Assembly: GCA_049297695.1 (NCBI GenBank)
Contig: JBAQUT010000022.1
Span: 1 to 55,023 of the forward strand
Origin: Alphaproteobacteria bacterium
GTDB lineage: Bacteria; Pseudomonadota; Alphaproteobacteria; UBA2136; UBA6156
Length of the DNA stretch: 55,023 bases
Reading direction: 5' to 3'
Below the pieces are notes generated by a model, which saw nothing but the letters and a program-made list of their open reading frames with translations, did not search any database and had not been told where the DNA came from. This document shows positions 42,973 to 51,193 of this stretch, one piece after another. Each line of letters opens with the position of its first letter. Within the stretch, counting starts at the first letter, position 1. Made by a program: the position numbers and the translations under genes.

Positions 42973-43809
42973 ATGCGTATGTTGAAAGTATCTCTGTTAG
43001 GTGCCACCTGCTTGATGAGCGGAATGGCAGCAGTTCATGCATTGGAAACAAGCGCCGTGAACAACAACATGGCCGAGGCGATGATCTCCGAGCAGCGCAC
43101 CAGCACCCTGTTTACCATTTTGCAAACCGCCTTTAACGCCTTAACGGCCCGTGTTGGGGCGGTAGAAACCCACGTTGGCCTGTTGCAAGTAACGGTGGAT
43201 AACCTGAGCACCCGCCTGACCACGGCCGAAACCGATATTGCCACCTTGAAAACTGATGTGAACAGCCTAAAAGCTACCGATCAATATTTGTTGGCCGAAG
43301 TAGGGGCTTTAAAAACCCGAATGGATTCTGCCGAAGGTCAAATCGCTTCATTATGGACGTACATTCAATACCTGATAGATCGTGACAATGCCCAACAAGC
43401 CCAGATCAACGATTTGTATGCGCGTGTGAGTGATTTGCAAAATCAAATCAACGCTTTACGTGCCCGTATTGAAGCTTTGGAAGCTCGGACAAATGGATTG
43501 CCAACGGATTGCAATGCGGGTGGAGTCTTGATTTTTAACGGTTCAATATGGACATGTACAAAAACTTATGCGGTCGCGAGCAATCTGTGTAATGGCTTAC
43601 GGTGCGAATCAGGTGCTCAATCAGGTGTAGCTACGTTAAATAAAATATGTACGATATTAGGCAAAACAACGTATCACTCTACGCCGGCAGGTGGTACGGG
43701 TGGTGCTGGTTGTAATGGTTGCAGTTGGGGTGCTTGGACAGGAAGTTCATGGTCATCTTTTTCTAGTTGTAATGGTTGTGTGCCATTACTTCGAGTTACA
43801 TGTTATTAA
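42973..43809 (+). CDS. Secreted coiled-coil protein with a 10-Cys C-terminal domain
   Basis: AAAGGAG RBS. Signal peptide. Heptad-like Leu/Ala/Gln region about 130 aa long. C-terminal about 100 aa shared with the next gene, ending LLRVTCY. Confidence 0.65.
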   Translation: MRMLKVSLLGATCLMSGMAAVHALETSAVNNNMAEAMISEQRTSTLFTILQTAFNALTARVGAVETHVGLLQVTVDNLSTRLTTAETDIATLKTDVNSLKATDQYLLAEVGALKTRMDSAEGQIASLWTYIQYLIDRDNAQQAQINDLYARVSDLQNQINALRARIEALEARTNGLPTDCNAGGVLIFNGSIWTCTKTYAVASNLCNGLRCESGAQSGVATLNKICTILGKTTYHSTPAGGTGGAGCNGCSWGAWTGSSWSSFSSCNGCVPLLRVTCY

Positions 43810-43833
43810 TTTAAGAAATAAAGGGTAGGGGTT

Positions 43834-44409
43834 ATGTACTATAAATTTTTACTATGCCTCCTGTGGTTGTACCCACTAAGCTTGGCTCATTCGCTTGAAG
43901 CTACAGCCCATGTTAATCCATCTCAAGCTGTGAACGAAGGCCTTTCTATGAAAGTAGATGCCTTGCACACAGCTACTATGGCGGTGGTGAACAGCATTCT
44001 GCATTGTAATAACATTGGGAAAATGTATGTCTCCGATCCTTCGGTTCCAGGGAAAGATGTGAATGGGTGTGTCGATATAGATGGAGGGTTGCCGAATCCA
44101 GCCACGGAATGCGATATCGGTTCTGTCGCTATTGCCGATGGTACGGATTGGACATGCACACAAACACTTGCTGTTCCCAATACGTTGTGTGGTGGTTTGC
44201 GGTGCGAATCTGGCGCCCAATCAGGTGTAGGTACGTTAAATAAAGTCTGTCAATCGCTTGGTAAAAACAAATATTATTCAACTCCAGCTGGTGGTACAGG
44301 GAGTTCGGGTTGTGATGGATGCTCGTGGGGTACTTGGACGGGAAGCGCATGGACATCGTTCAACCATTGTAACGGCTGCAAGCCGTTGCTTCAGGTAACA
44401 TGTTATTAA
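43834..44409 (+). CDS. Secreted protein with the same 10-Cys C-terminal domain (paralog)
   Basis: Signal peptide MYYKFLLCLLWLYPLSLA. The C-terminal block ...WTCTQTLAVPNTLCGGLRCESGAQSGVGTLNKVC...CDGCSWGTWTGS...CNGCKPLLQVTCY aligns with 42973..43809. Confidence 0.65.
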   Translation: MYYKFLLCLLWLYPLSLAHSLEATAHVNPSQAVNEGLSMKVDALHTATMAVVNSILHCNNIGKMYVSDPSVPGKDVNGCVDIDGGLPNPATECDIGSVAIADGTDWTCTQTLAVPNTLCGGLRCESGAQSGVGTLNKVCQSLGKNKYYSTPAGGTGSSGCDGCSWGTWTGSAWTSFNHCNGCKPLLQVTCY

Positions 44410-44439
44410 TTTAACATAATATTCATTATGCGAACTTAT

Positions 44440-44460
44440 GAGCCGAAAGGCTCTGTTTCG
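44440..44460 (+). terminator. Short stem-loop between convergent genes
   Basis: GAGCC-GAAA-GGCTC followed by TGTTTCG. Only a 5-bp stem. Confidence 0.35.
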
Positions 44461-44462
44461 TT

Positions 44463-46418
44463 TTACCCCTCCAGATTTCCCATCCCCTCCCACCACCACA
44501 CCATGTTGGCGGCGGCCAGGGCGGTGTAGGTGCCGTCTATGTGGCCGTCGCAGGTGGCTTTCCAAAAAGCTTGCAGGGCGGGTTGATGAAAATGCTCCTT
44601 CGCAAACGCGCTGCCAAACAGCGCATCCTCCATCATCGCACTGCCCTTGCCCGTGGTAAGCCACTGGCGGATGGGTGCCCCAAAGCCCGCCTTACTGCGT
44701 GAGAGAACTTCGTGGGGCAGTCGAGTACTCACGGCACTCTTGAAAAACGCTTTAGGCGCCGTTTGGTGAAGGCTCGTCCAGCCACCGCCCGTCAGCTTGG
44801 CCGTAGGCGGTACATCGGCCATGAAATCTAGCAATCGGCGGTCGGTTAAGGGCACGCGACCTTCCACACCGGCCAGCATGGCGGCTTTGTCGTTGTAGTT
44901 CAGGTTGTGGTCGGGCAAAAAGCCAAACAGCTCAATGTACAGCAGGCGGTTTAACAAACTTTGGCCGTGGGATTCGTCTCGGGCGCTGGTTAAGGCATTA
45001 TTCCACGAGATGGCCACGCTGCGCTCGCCATGACGAAGGAGGCGCGCCGCATCTGGCTGGCTGTTGGTCGTAAACGCATGCAGCAAAAAGCGCTCGTCGT
45101 CGCCGCGCAACAGGTCGGCCAAGCGGGTGAGGCGGCGCGAGGTGGCCGCTCCACTCACCCGAGCGACCATTTTACATAATACAGAAATACCTTGGGAGAT
45201 TGCCGCGCTGCGCTCGCAATGACGATTGAGGGTTTCCCGCAACCGTGCCGTTTGGTGGCGCCGATACCCGCTGAATACGTCATCCCCCCCCGCACCGCCC
45301 AACAACACCTTGATACCATCCGCCTTGGCCCGTGCCGCAATATCCGGCACAACCAACGGTGCAGGGTCAGCGGTGGGCTCGTCCAGCATGAAGGGCAAGC
45401 TGGGCAACCGTTCCAGCAACGGCTCCATCTCCACCACCAAAGGTGTGAACGGCACCTTCAAATGCGTCGCCACGCTGGTGGCAAACGCCATATCGTCCTC
45501 AAAGCCTTCCGCGGCCATCCCCGCACCCTCAAAGCCGATGCAATACGTGTTGGAAGGCCTATTCCCCGTGGCCACCATGCTGGCCACAATGGCGCTGCTA
45601 TCCACACCTCCACTCAAAAACGCTCCCACGGGCACATCGCTGGTGCACTGCTCGGCCACCACGGCGTCCAGCAGTTTCAACAGGTGGGCGGGGGTTTTGG
45701 TGGTATCGTACTGGGGTTTTCCCTCCACCAACGGGGCTTGCGGCGGCATGTACCAGCGGTGGGTTTCGGTAGTCAGCACACCATCGTCAAACGCGGCCAG
45801 CATAAAGTGTCCGGGGCGGAGCTTTTTCACCCCGCTCAACATGGTGCGCTCGCCAGGCGTCCATAAAAAGGTGAGGTATTCGGCCATGGCGTGGGTGTCC
45901 AAACTCCAATCGGCCAACACGGGGCGCAAGGCTTTCAACTCGCTGGCAAAGGCCAAACCTTGGGGTGTTTCGGCGTAGTACAACGGTTTAATGCCTGCAT
46001 GGTCGCGCGCCACAAACAGCTGGCGCTCGTGCTTATCCCAAATGGCCAAGGCAAACATGCCTTCCAACCTCTCCAGCATGGCGGGGCCTTCCAAATCGAA
46101 CAACGGGGCCAGCACGGCGGTGTCCGAGTTTGGGTTAAACTTATATTTCGTATTCTTTTGAAGATATTCCACAATCTTCTTAAAGTTGTAAATCTCGCCA
46201 TTGAACACCACCACATACCGCCCGTCGGCACTTTCCATGGGCTGGCTGGCGGCGGTGGAGGTATCGATAATGCTCAACCGCCGGTGCACCAGCTGCATGC
46301 CAGCCGCCGCATCGCGCCACACGCCCGCTCCATCCGGCCCCCGGTGCGCCAACGCCGCCCCCAACGCCGTGGCGTGGGGTTTGGTGAAGGTTCCGAGTAA
46401 GCCTGCTATGCCGCACAT
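44463..46418 (-). CDS. asnB: Asparagine synthase (glutamine-hydrolysing) family amidotransferase
   Basis: MCGIAG Ntn-Cys start at 46418. PP-loop FLSGGVDSS. 651 aa. Confidence 0.9.
   Translation of the reverse strand: MCGIAGLLGTFTKPHATALGAALAHRGPDGAGVWRDAAAGMQLVHRRLSIIDTSTAASQPMESADGRYVVVFNGEIYNFKKIVEYLQKNTKYKFNPNSDTAVLAPLFDLEGPAMLERLEGMFALAIWDKHERQLFVARDHAGIKPLYYAETPQGLAFASELKALRPVLADWSLDTHAMAEYLTFLWTPGERTMLSGVKKLRPGHFMLAAFDDGVLTTETHRWYMPPQAPLVEGKPQYDTTKTPAHLLKLLDAVVAEQCTSDVPVGAFLSGGVDSSAIVASMVATGNRPSNTYCIGFEGAGMAAEGFEDDMAFATSVATHLKVPFTPLVVEMEPLLERLPSLPFMLDEPTADPAPLVVPDIAARAKADGIKVLLGGAGGDDVFSGYRRHQTARLRETLNRHCERSAAISQGISVLCKMVARVSGAATSRRLTRLADLLRGDDERFLLHAFTTNSQPDAARLLRHGERSVAISWNNALTSARDESHGQSLLNRLLYIELFGFLPDHNLNYNDKAAMLAGVEGRVPLTDRRLLDFMADVPPTAKLTGGGWTSLHQTAPKAFFKSAVSTRLPHEVLSRSKAGFGAPIRQWLTTGKGSAMMEDALFGSAFAKEHFHQPALQAFWKATCDGHIDGTYTALAAANMVWWWEGMGNLEG
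45004..45038. repeat. Copy 1 of an approximately 32-nt direct repeat inside asnB
   Basis: GAGATGGCCACGCTGCGCTCGCCATGACGA. Encodes RHGERSVAIS on the minus strand. Confidence 0.8.
45193..45228. repeat. Copy 2 of the approximately 32-nt direct repeat inside asnB
   Basis: GAGATTGCCGCGCTGCGCTCGCAATGACGA, exactly 189 nt (63 codons) from copy 1. Encodes RHCERSAAIS. Confidence 0.8.
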
Positions 46419-46444
46419 GTTCGGCACGATATCACATCTTGAGT

Positions 46445-47113
46445 TTATTCCGCAGCAAGAGATGAGGATTGATGATACAAATCTTTGGCATTCTCAAATT
46501 CACGAGGCTCCCTGTTGGTAGCTGCCACAAGAATTTGTTGTACTTGATGTAATTCTTCTGGGTACAAACGATCCACCACCGCCCCTGTCAGAGATGAGGC
46601 TGAAGATGCCGCCAACAAGGCCTCTTCCGAATACGAATCAATGCGCCACAAACGAACACGCCCTACCGAGGTATCCACCGAAGAAATATGTTGAACGGGT
46701 GAGCTAATCGGGTCTTGCTTCAAAGGTGATTGTAAATACGATATCCTGTTTGTAGCAGGGTCGTAATAACCCGCCGCCAAAATAACCCGAAGTTGAGAGC
46801 CCTTATCAACGCATGTTTTCACCACGTCTCCGGGTTGGAATGCTGCCTGCGGGTTCTGGTATCTAAAAAGTGCTTGGAAATCACGGGCGATATCTTCGGA
46901 TTTCGGGTAAAATGCCGTCTGGTCATGGGGTCTGAAATCAGCCACGAAACCATGCTCAAGGGTTGCCAGCGATACATAAGGGTCTACGGGAACCGATAAA
47001 ACGCACCCATGCGTCATACGTTGGAAAAAACTGTTGCTGATAATGCAATGTGGCCGTGATGTTTCGTAGTTAACAACAAACATACCGCGTGGATAAGTAA
47101 TCATGTTGAGCAT
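46445..47113 (-). CDS. Hypothetical protein (AT-richer ORFan)
   Basis: 222-aa ORF. Upstream AT-rich spacer holds TATAAT and GTATAC (47131-47136). No recognisable motif. Confidence 0.55.
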   Translation of the reverse strand: MLNMITYPRGMFVVNYETSRPHCIISNSFFQRMTHGCVLSVPVDPYVSLATLEHGFVADFRPHDQTAFYPKSEDIARDFQALFRYQNPQAAFQPGDVVKTCVDKGSQLRVILAAGYYDPATNRISYLQSPLKQDPISSPVQHISSVDTSVGRVRLWRIDSYSEEALLAASSASSLTGAVVDRLYPEELHQVQQILVAATNREPREFENAKDLYHQSSSLAAE

Positions 47114-47187
47114 CCTATTATAATATTTTAGTATACTCTAAATATTCTAAATGTAAATGCTTCATACTTTAAATTTTCAACCAGTTG

Positions 47188-47496
47188 TTATTTTTCAAAA
47201 TCAGGTGGATGAGAAGGAAAGAGATGGGTAACATTTGTCCCCGTAGGTCGCATAACTACCTCAGGAAGATTCTCGGTTGAGAGGTTGGCTTTTTGCAAGG
47301 CTCCTTTTAAACATTTTAGGTAAGCATACGCAGTAACGAGAGAGACACCTTCATCACGCTCAATACGCATAAGAGATCCGCGAGACAAATATATACCGTC
47401 ATATACGTCTCTTTCCCGTAAACCTGAACAAACTCTCAAATCCCTAACCCCCGGGATAAAAGCCTTTGTTGGAGATGAAAGGTTGGTTCCGTTCAT
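47188..47496 (-). CDS. Xre-like helix-turn-helix protein (AT-richer)
   Basis: LRERDVYDGIYLSRGSLMRIERDEGVSLVTAYAYLKCL fits the Xre/Cro HTH pattern. The ATG overlaps the upstream oxidoreductase stop as ATGA. Confidence 0.55.
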   Translation of the reverse strand: MNGTNLSSPTKAFIPGVRDLRVCSGLRERDVYDGIYLSRGSLMRIERDEGVSLVTAYAYLKCLKGALQKANLSTENLPEVVMRPTGTNVTHLFPSHPPDFEK

Positions 47497-49685
47497 GCCA
47501 CCAACACCCTACTGCTCGCAAACACCTCCACCGCAGGTATGGGCGCCTCCCCTTCCCCCCGCACGGCGGCCACAAATGCTGCAAGGGCTTGGGCGTGGCC
47601 TTTTTGCTGGCCCATATACCACGGCTTTTTGTACAGGGTGCGCACTTTGCCGTTCTCGCTCCAGGTGGTGCGCTGGTAGTTGTCCATGGTGCCCACGGCA
47701 CCGCCTGCCAGCACGCTCACGTGCTCCTTCGCGGCAGCAGGGTCGCCTTCACTGGAGTACACCACGGTGGCCAAACTGCCGTCGGCAAAGCTCATGCTGA
47801 TGCTGTAGTTATCTTGCCCCGCCCCGCGCACGATGTCACATCCTACTACGCCTGAAGAGGCTTCGTAGGAAATGCCATCTTTCGCTCCGCGCCCTTCGCT
47901 CCGCGAAAGACCACCAGCCATAGGCTGGCCCTGCGAAGCCCCTTTGGGCGCAGCAGGGGATAAAAGCCAATACGCCATATCCGTAAAGTGGCACACCTCG
48001 CCCAACAACCGCCCACCGCCTTCCGCGCCACTTTGCCAGTTGGGGCCTTCCAGCTTGCCGGCGTTTACGCGGATGATAACTTGCTTGGGCGTGGCAATCC
48101 CATCCAGCTTGGCCTTCAACGGCAGCAACGCAGGGCTGAAGCGGCGGTTGAAGCCCACCATCAACACCCGCCCACTTTTGGCATGGGCCTTTTCCACCGC
48201 ATCCACGTCTTTAGAGGTGAGTGCCAAGGGCTTTTCCACCCATACGTGCTTGCCGTGTTTGAGGGCCTCAATCACCAGCTTGGCATGGGTGTTGTGGCGG
48301 GTGCCGATGAACACCGCATGGGTGCTTTTATCATCCCACACGGCCTGCATATCCGTGCCTGCAAAGGCAGCCTTGTAACGCTCGGCCACGTGGGCGGCAC
48401 TCAGGCCCCCTTTGCTGACAACCCCGCGCAAGCTCCACCCCTTCATGCCCTTCAACGCGGGCAACACCACGCTGCGCACAAAGCCGCCGGTGCCGATGAA
48501 CGACAAGCCCACATCGCCCTTTACCCGTACGGTTGGTGTTGCGCGCAAAAGTGTGTGTTCAGGTTTGGCCTCTGGGTACGCCAGCACCACGCCCAACCCT
48601 TGGCCTTTCTTCACCAAGGAATAGCCTTTCAAGGCATCCTCCAGCTCAAAGGTGTGGGTGGTTAACAGGTCGGGGCGTAGTTGGCCCGTGCCCATCAGGC
48701 GCACCACTTCGGCCAGGTTATCCCGCTCGGTGTGGGGCACAAAGCCTACGGGGTAACTTAAGCCCTGCTGCTCGTAGGCAGGGTCGTACCGGCCCGGGCC
48801 GTAACTGCGAGAAACCCGAATGTTCAGCTCTTTCTTCATATACTGCGCATAATCAAACCGCGTGCCCACCTTGCCCACCAGCACCACGTTGGCCCTGTCC
48901 CGGGCCCAATCCGCCGCCGTGGCCAAGGGGCCGTCGCTCTCGGTAGCGGCACAGAGAATGATGCTGTCAAACCCGCGCCCGTCGGTAAAACCTTCCCATG
49001 CTTTGCCCAACATGTCGGGCGTGCCTGCCAGCGTGGCCCCGCCTTCCACCGCCAACGCACAGCGTTGGGTGTTGAAATCCATGGCCGCCACCCGCGCCCC
49101 CGCTGCCGCGCACAGCTGCACCACCAATTGACCCACCAAACCCAAGCCAACCACCAGCACGCGCTCGCCAAGCTTCACATCCGCGTTGCGCACGCCGTGC
49201 AGGGCAATGGCTCCCAAGGTGGCGTAACAGGCGTGTTCAAAGGGCACATTGGCAGGTATCTTCACCGCCAAATTGCGGGGTATGGCATTAAACTCCGCAT
49301 GGTTGGCCAACCCCGCCCCTGCCATGGCCACCCTATCGCCCACCTTAAACTCATGTTGAAGGTTTGCCCCCACGGCCACCACCTCGCCCGCCGCGCTGTA
49401 GCCCAAAGGCAAGGGCTCATCCAGCCGCAAAAACACGCTTTTCAGGGTGTCCACCACGCCGTCGCGGTTCATTTTGGCCAGCACTTTTTTAGCCAAATCG
49501 GGGCGTTCCTTCGCTTTGCCCAGCATGCTTTTGCCCGCAAATTCCATCACCATGCGCTCGGTACCTGCACTTATCAGGCTGGCCCGCGTGGCCACCACAA
49601 TCTCGCCGCTCCCGCAGGCGGGGGTTGGTACGGTGGCAAATTCAACCTTGCCGCTTTTCAGGTTTTGGATGAGTTGTTTGGGCAT
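47493..49685 (-). CDS. Bi-domain oxidoreductase: zinc-type alcohol dehydrogenase (MDR) fused to Gfo/Idh/MocA
   Basis: The N-terminal half has the MDR Rossmann motif VVGLGLVGQLV. The C-terminal half starts FIGTGGFVRSVVLPAL with EKPL typical of Gfo/Idh/MocA. Start taken at ATG 49685. Confidence 0.85.
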   Translation of the reverse strand: MPKQLIQNLKSGKVEFATVPTPACGSGEIVVATRASLISAGTERMVMEFAGKSMLGKAKERPDLAKKVLAKMNRDGVVDTLKSVFLRLDEPLPLGYSAAGEVVAVGANLQHEFKVGDRVAMAGAGLANHAEFNAIPRNLAVKIPANVPFEHACYATLGAIALHGVRNADVKLGERVLVVGLGLVGQLVVQLCAAAGARVAAMDFNTQRCALAVEGGATLAGTPDMLGKAWEGFTDGRGFDSIILCAATESDGPLATAADWARDRANVVLVGKVGTRFDYAQYMKKELNIRVSRSYGPGRYDPAYEQQGLSYPVGFVPHTERDNLAEVVRLMGTGQLRPDLLTTHTFELEDALKGYSLVKKGQGLGVVLAYPEAKPEHTLLRATPTVRVKGDVGLSFIGTGGFVRSVVLPALKGMKGWSLRGVVSKGGLSAAHVAERYKAAFAGTDMQAVWDDKSTHAVFIGTRHNTHAKLVIEALKHGKHVWVEKPLALTSKDVDAVEKAHAKSGRVLMVGFNRRFSPALLPLKAKLDGIATPKQVIIRVNAGKLEGPNWQSGAEGGGRLLGEVCHFTDMAYWLLSPAAPKGASQGQPMAGGLSRSEGRGAKDGISYEASSGVVGCDIVRGAGQDNYSISMSFADGSLATVVYSSEGDPAAAKEHVSVLAGGAVGTMDNYQRTTWSENGKVRTLYKKPWYMGQQKGHAQALAAFVAAVRGEGEAPIPAVEVFASSRVLVA

Positions 49686-49817
49686 GGCCAAACCATAGTA
49701 GCCCGCAAGGTTTTCGTAAAGGGTAACTTGCGTTACATAAATCATTTATGGTATGAAGATAGCGCCGTGAGGCAAATGGCTACCTTCAATCAACGAAACG
49801 TAAAAAAGGAGTACGCC

Positions 49818-49892
49818 ATGAAACTGAACGGCAGAATAGCTGTTTGGCTCGGGCGGTGGAGAATCACATTCTCTATCCGTTACCTGCCTTAA
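49818..49892 (+). CDS. 24-codon mini-ORF (MKLNGRIAVWLGRWRITFSIRYLP) with RBS and terminator (speculative)
   Basis: AAGGAG lies 6 nt upstream of the ATG at 49818. The stop is 5 nt before a strong stem-loop. It is on the strand opposite to both neighbours. Confidence 0.3.
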   Translation: MKLNGRIAVWLGRWRITFSIRYLP

Positions 49893-49897
49893 AGCAA

Positions 49898-49928
49898 CAA
49901 ACCCCCGTTAGCGCGGGGGTTTGCTTTT
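49898..49928 (+). terminator. Strong stem-loop with a T-tract
   Basis: CAAACCCCCG (49898-49907), 6-nt loop, CGGGGGTTTG (49914-49923), then CTTTT. It could also act for the minus-strand dehydrogenase gene. Confidence 0.55.
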
Positions 49929-49985
49929 ACCTCCAATCAACGAAAAGGAGTAACGCATTCTTTATAAGCAGAATATTCCCCGTTG

Positions 49986-51191
49986 TCAAGCCCGCCACAC
50001 CCCGCACGGGTCCACAACCGCTTTCCCCGCAAGGTCGGCTTTACTCAGCTTTTTGAACACGCTGTGGGCGGTGAGACTCACCACCACATCAGCGTCAGCC
50101 AGGGCTTGTTCAAAACCCACCAATGGACGTTCCCATACCTTCAAAAACGGCTCCACAATACGCAGTTCCAGACCGTTATCCTTGGCCAGTTCGTTCACCA
50201 CCACAACGCTGGGGCTTTCGCGCAAGTCGTCCACATCGGGCTTGTAGGCCAGGCCCAAACAGGCAATCACGGGCTTGGCTTTTCCGGTCGCTTTGGCGGC
50301 TTTCCGCACCTGCTCGGCCACCCACAACGGCTTGCCATCGTTCACCGCCCGCGTGGCCTGCATTTGGGGGGTAAGTTCCGGGGCTTCGGCAATGATAAAC
50401 CATGGGTCTACCGCAATGCAGTGCCCGCCCACCCCCGCTCCGGGGGTTAAAATGTTCACACGGGGGTGGTGGTTGGCCAACTTGATGACGTTGAACACAT
50501 CCAGCCCCATCTTGTGGCAAACAAGAGAAAGCTCGTTTGCAAAGGCAATCTGGGCGTCGCGGCTGGCGTTTTCCACCAGCTTCACCATCTCGGCCTCGCG
50601 GGCGGTGCAGGGCAACAGGGCGCCCGTGCAAAAGCTTTTGTACAGCTCCATGCCCCGCTGGGTGGCACGGTCGGTGAGGCCCCCCACCAAACGGTCATTG
50701 GCCACCATCTCGCGCAGCGTGGCGCCGGGAATCGCCCGTTCCGGGCAAAACACATAATCCACCTTATCCACCAAGTCGGGGCGGGCGGCTTCCATCAAGG
50801 CTTTCACATTGCGTTCGGTGGCGCCCACGGGGCTGGTGGATTCCAGCACCACCAAATCCCCCGCCTTCAGCACGGGCACAAGGCTGCGGGCGCCGGCTTC
50901 CACAAAGGTCATGTCGGGCGCGTGGGTGGCGTGGTCGGTGGGGGTGGGTAAACTTAAAATAAACATATCCGCCGCACTAGGCGTCAACGCCGCGCTCAAC
51001 CGCCCGCTGGCATGGGCTTCCGCCACCAGTTCCGGCATGCCCGTTTCATGGAAGGGGCATTGCCCCGCATTCACGGCCTCCACCACGCGGGGGGATATAT
51101 CCACCCCCCGTACCGTGTGCCCCGCCTTGGCCAAAATAGCCGCCATGGGCAAGCCCATGTAACCTAGGCCGATGACGGAAATGGTGCTCAT
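49986..51191 (-). CDS. Nucleotide-sugar 6-dehydrogenase (UDP-ManNAc/UDP-GlcNAc dehydrogenase-like; WecC/WbpA family)
   Basis: MSTISVIGLGYMGLPMA Rossmann start at 51191. Catalytic GGHCIAVDPWF. Confidence 0.9.
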   Translation of the reverse strand: MSTISVIGLGYMGLPMAAILAKAGHTVRGVDISPRVVEAVNAGQCPFHETGMPELVAEAHASGRLSAALTPSAADMFILSLPTPTDHATHAPDMTFVEAGARSLVPVLKAGDLVVLESTSPVGATERNVKALMEAARPDLVDKVDYVFCPERAIPGATLREMVANDRLVGGLTDRATQRGMELYKSFCTGALLPCTAREAEMVKLVENASRDAQIAFANELSLVCHKMGLDVFNVIKLANHHPRVNILTPGAGVGGHCIAVDPWFIIAEAPELTPQMQATRAVNDGKPLWVAEQVRKAAKATGKAKPVIACLGLAYKPDVDDLRESPSVVVVNELAKDNGLELRIVEPFLKVWERPLVGFEQALADADVVVSLTAHSVFKKLSKADLAGKAVVDPCGVWRA

Positions 51192-51193
51192 AT

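Noticed and set aside
42777-43007. 76-aa minus-strand ORF overlapping tRNA-Leu
   Set aside because: It overlaps a well-folded tRNA gene and the promoter/RBS region of the next gene, and has no RBS.
42858-44462. Classical integrase-borne genomic island at tRNA-Leu (and likewise at tRNA-CAU)
   Set aside because: The window contains no integrase, recombinase or transposase ORF, and no repeat of the tRNA-Leu 3' end downstream of the segment. Only the compositional shift and position suggest foreign origin.
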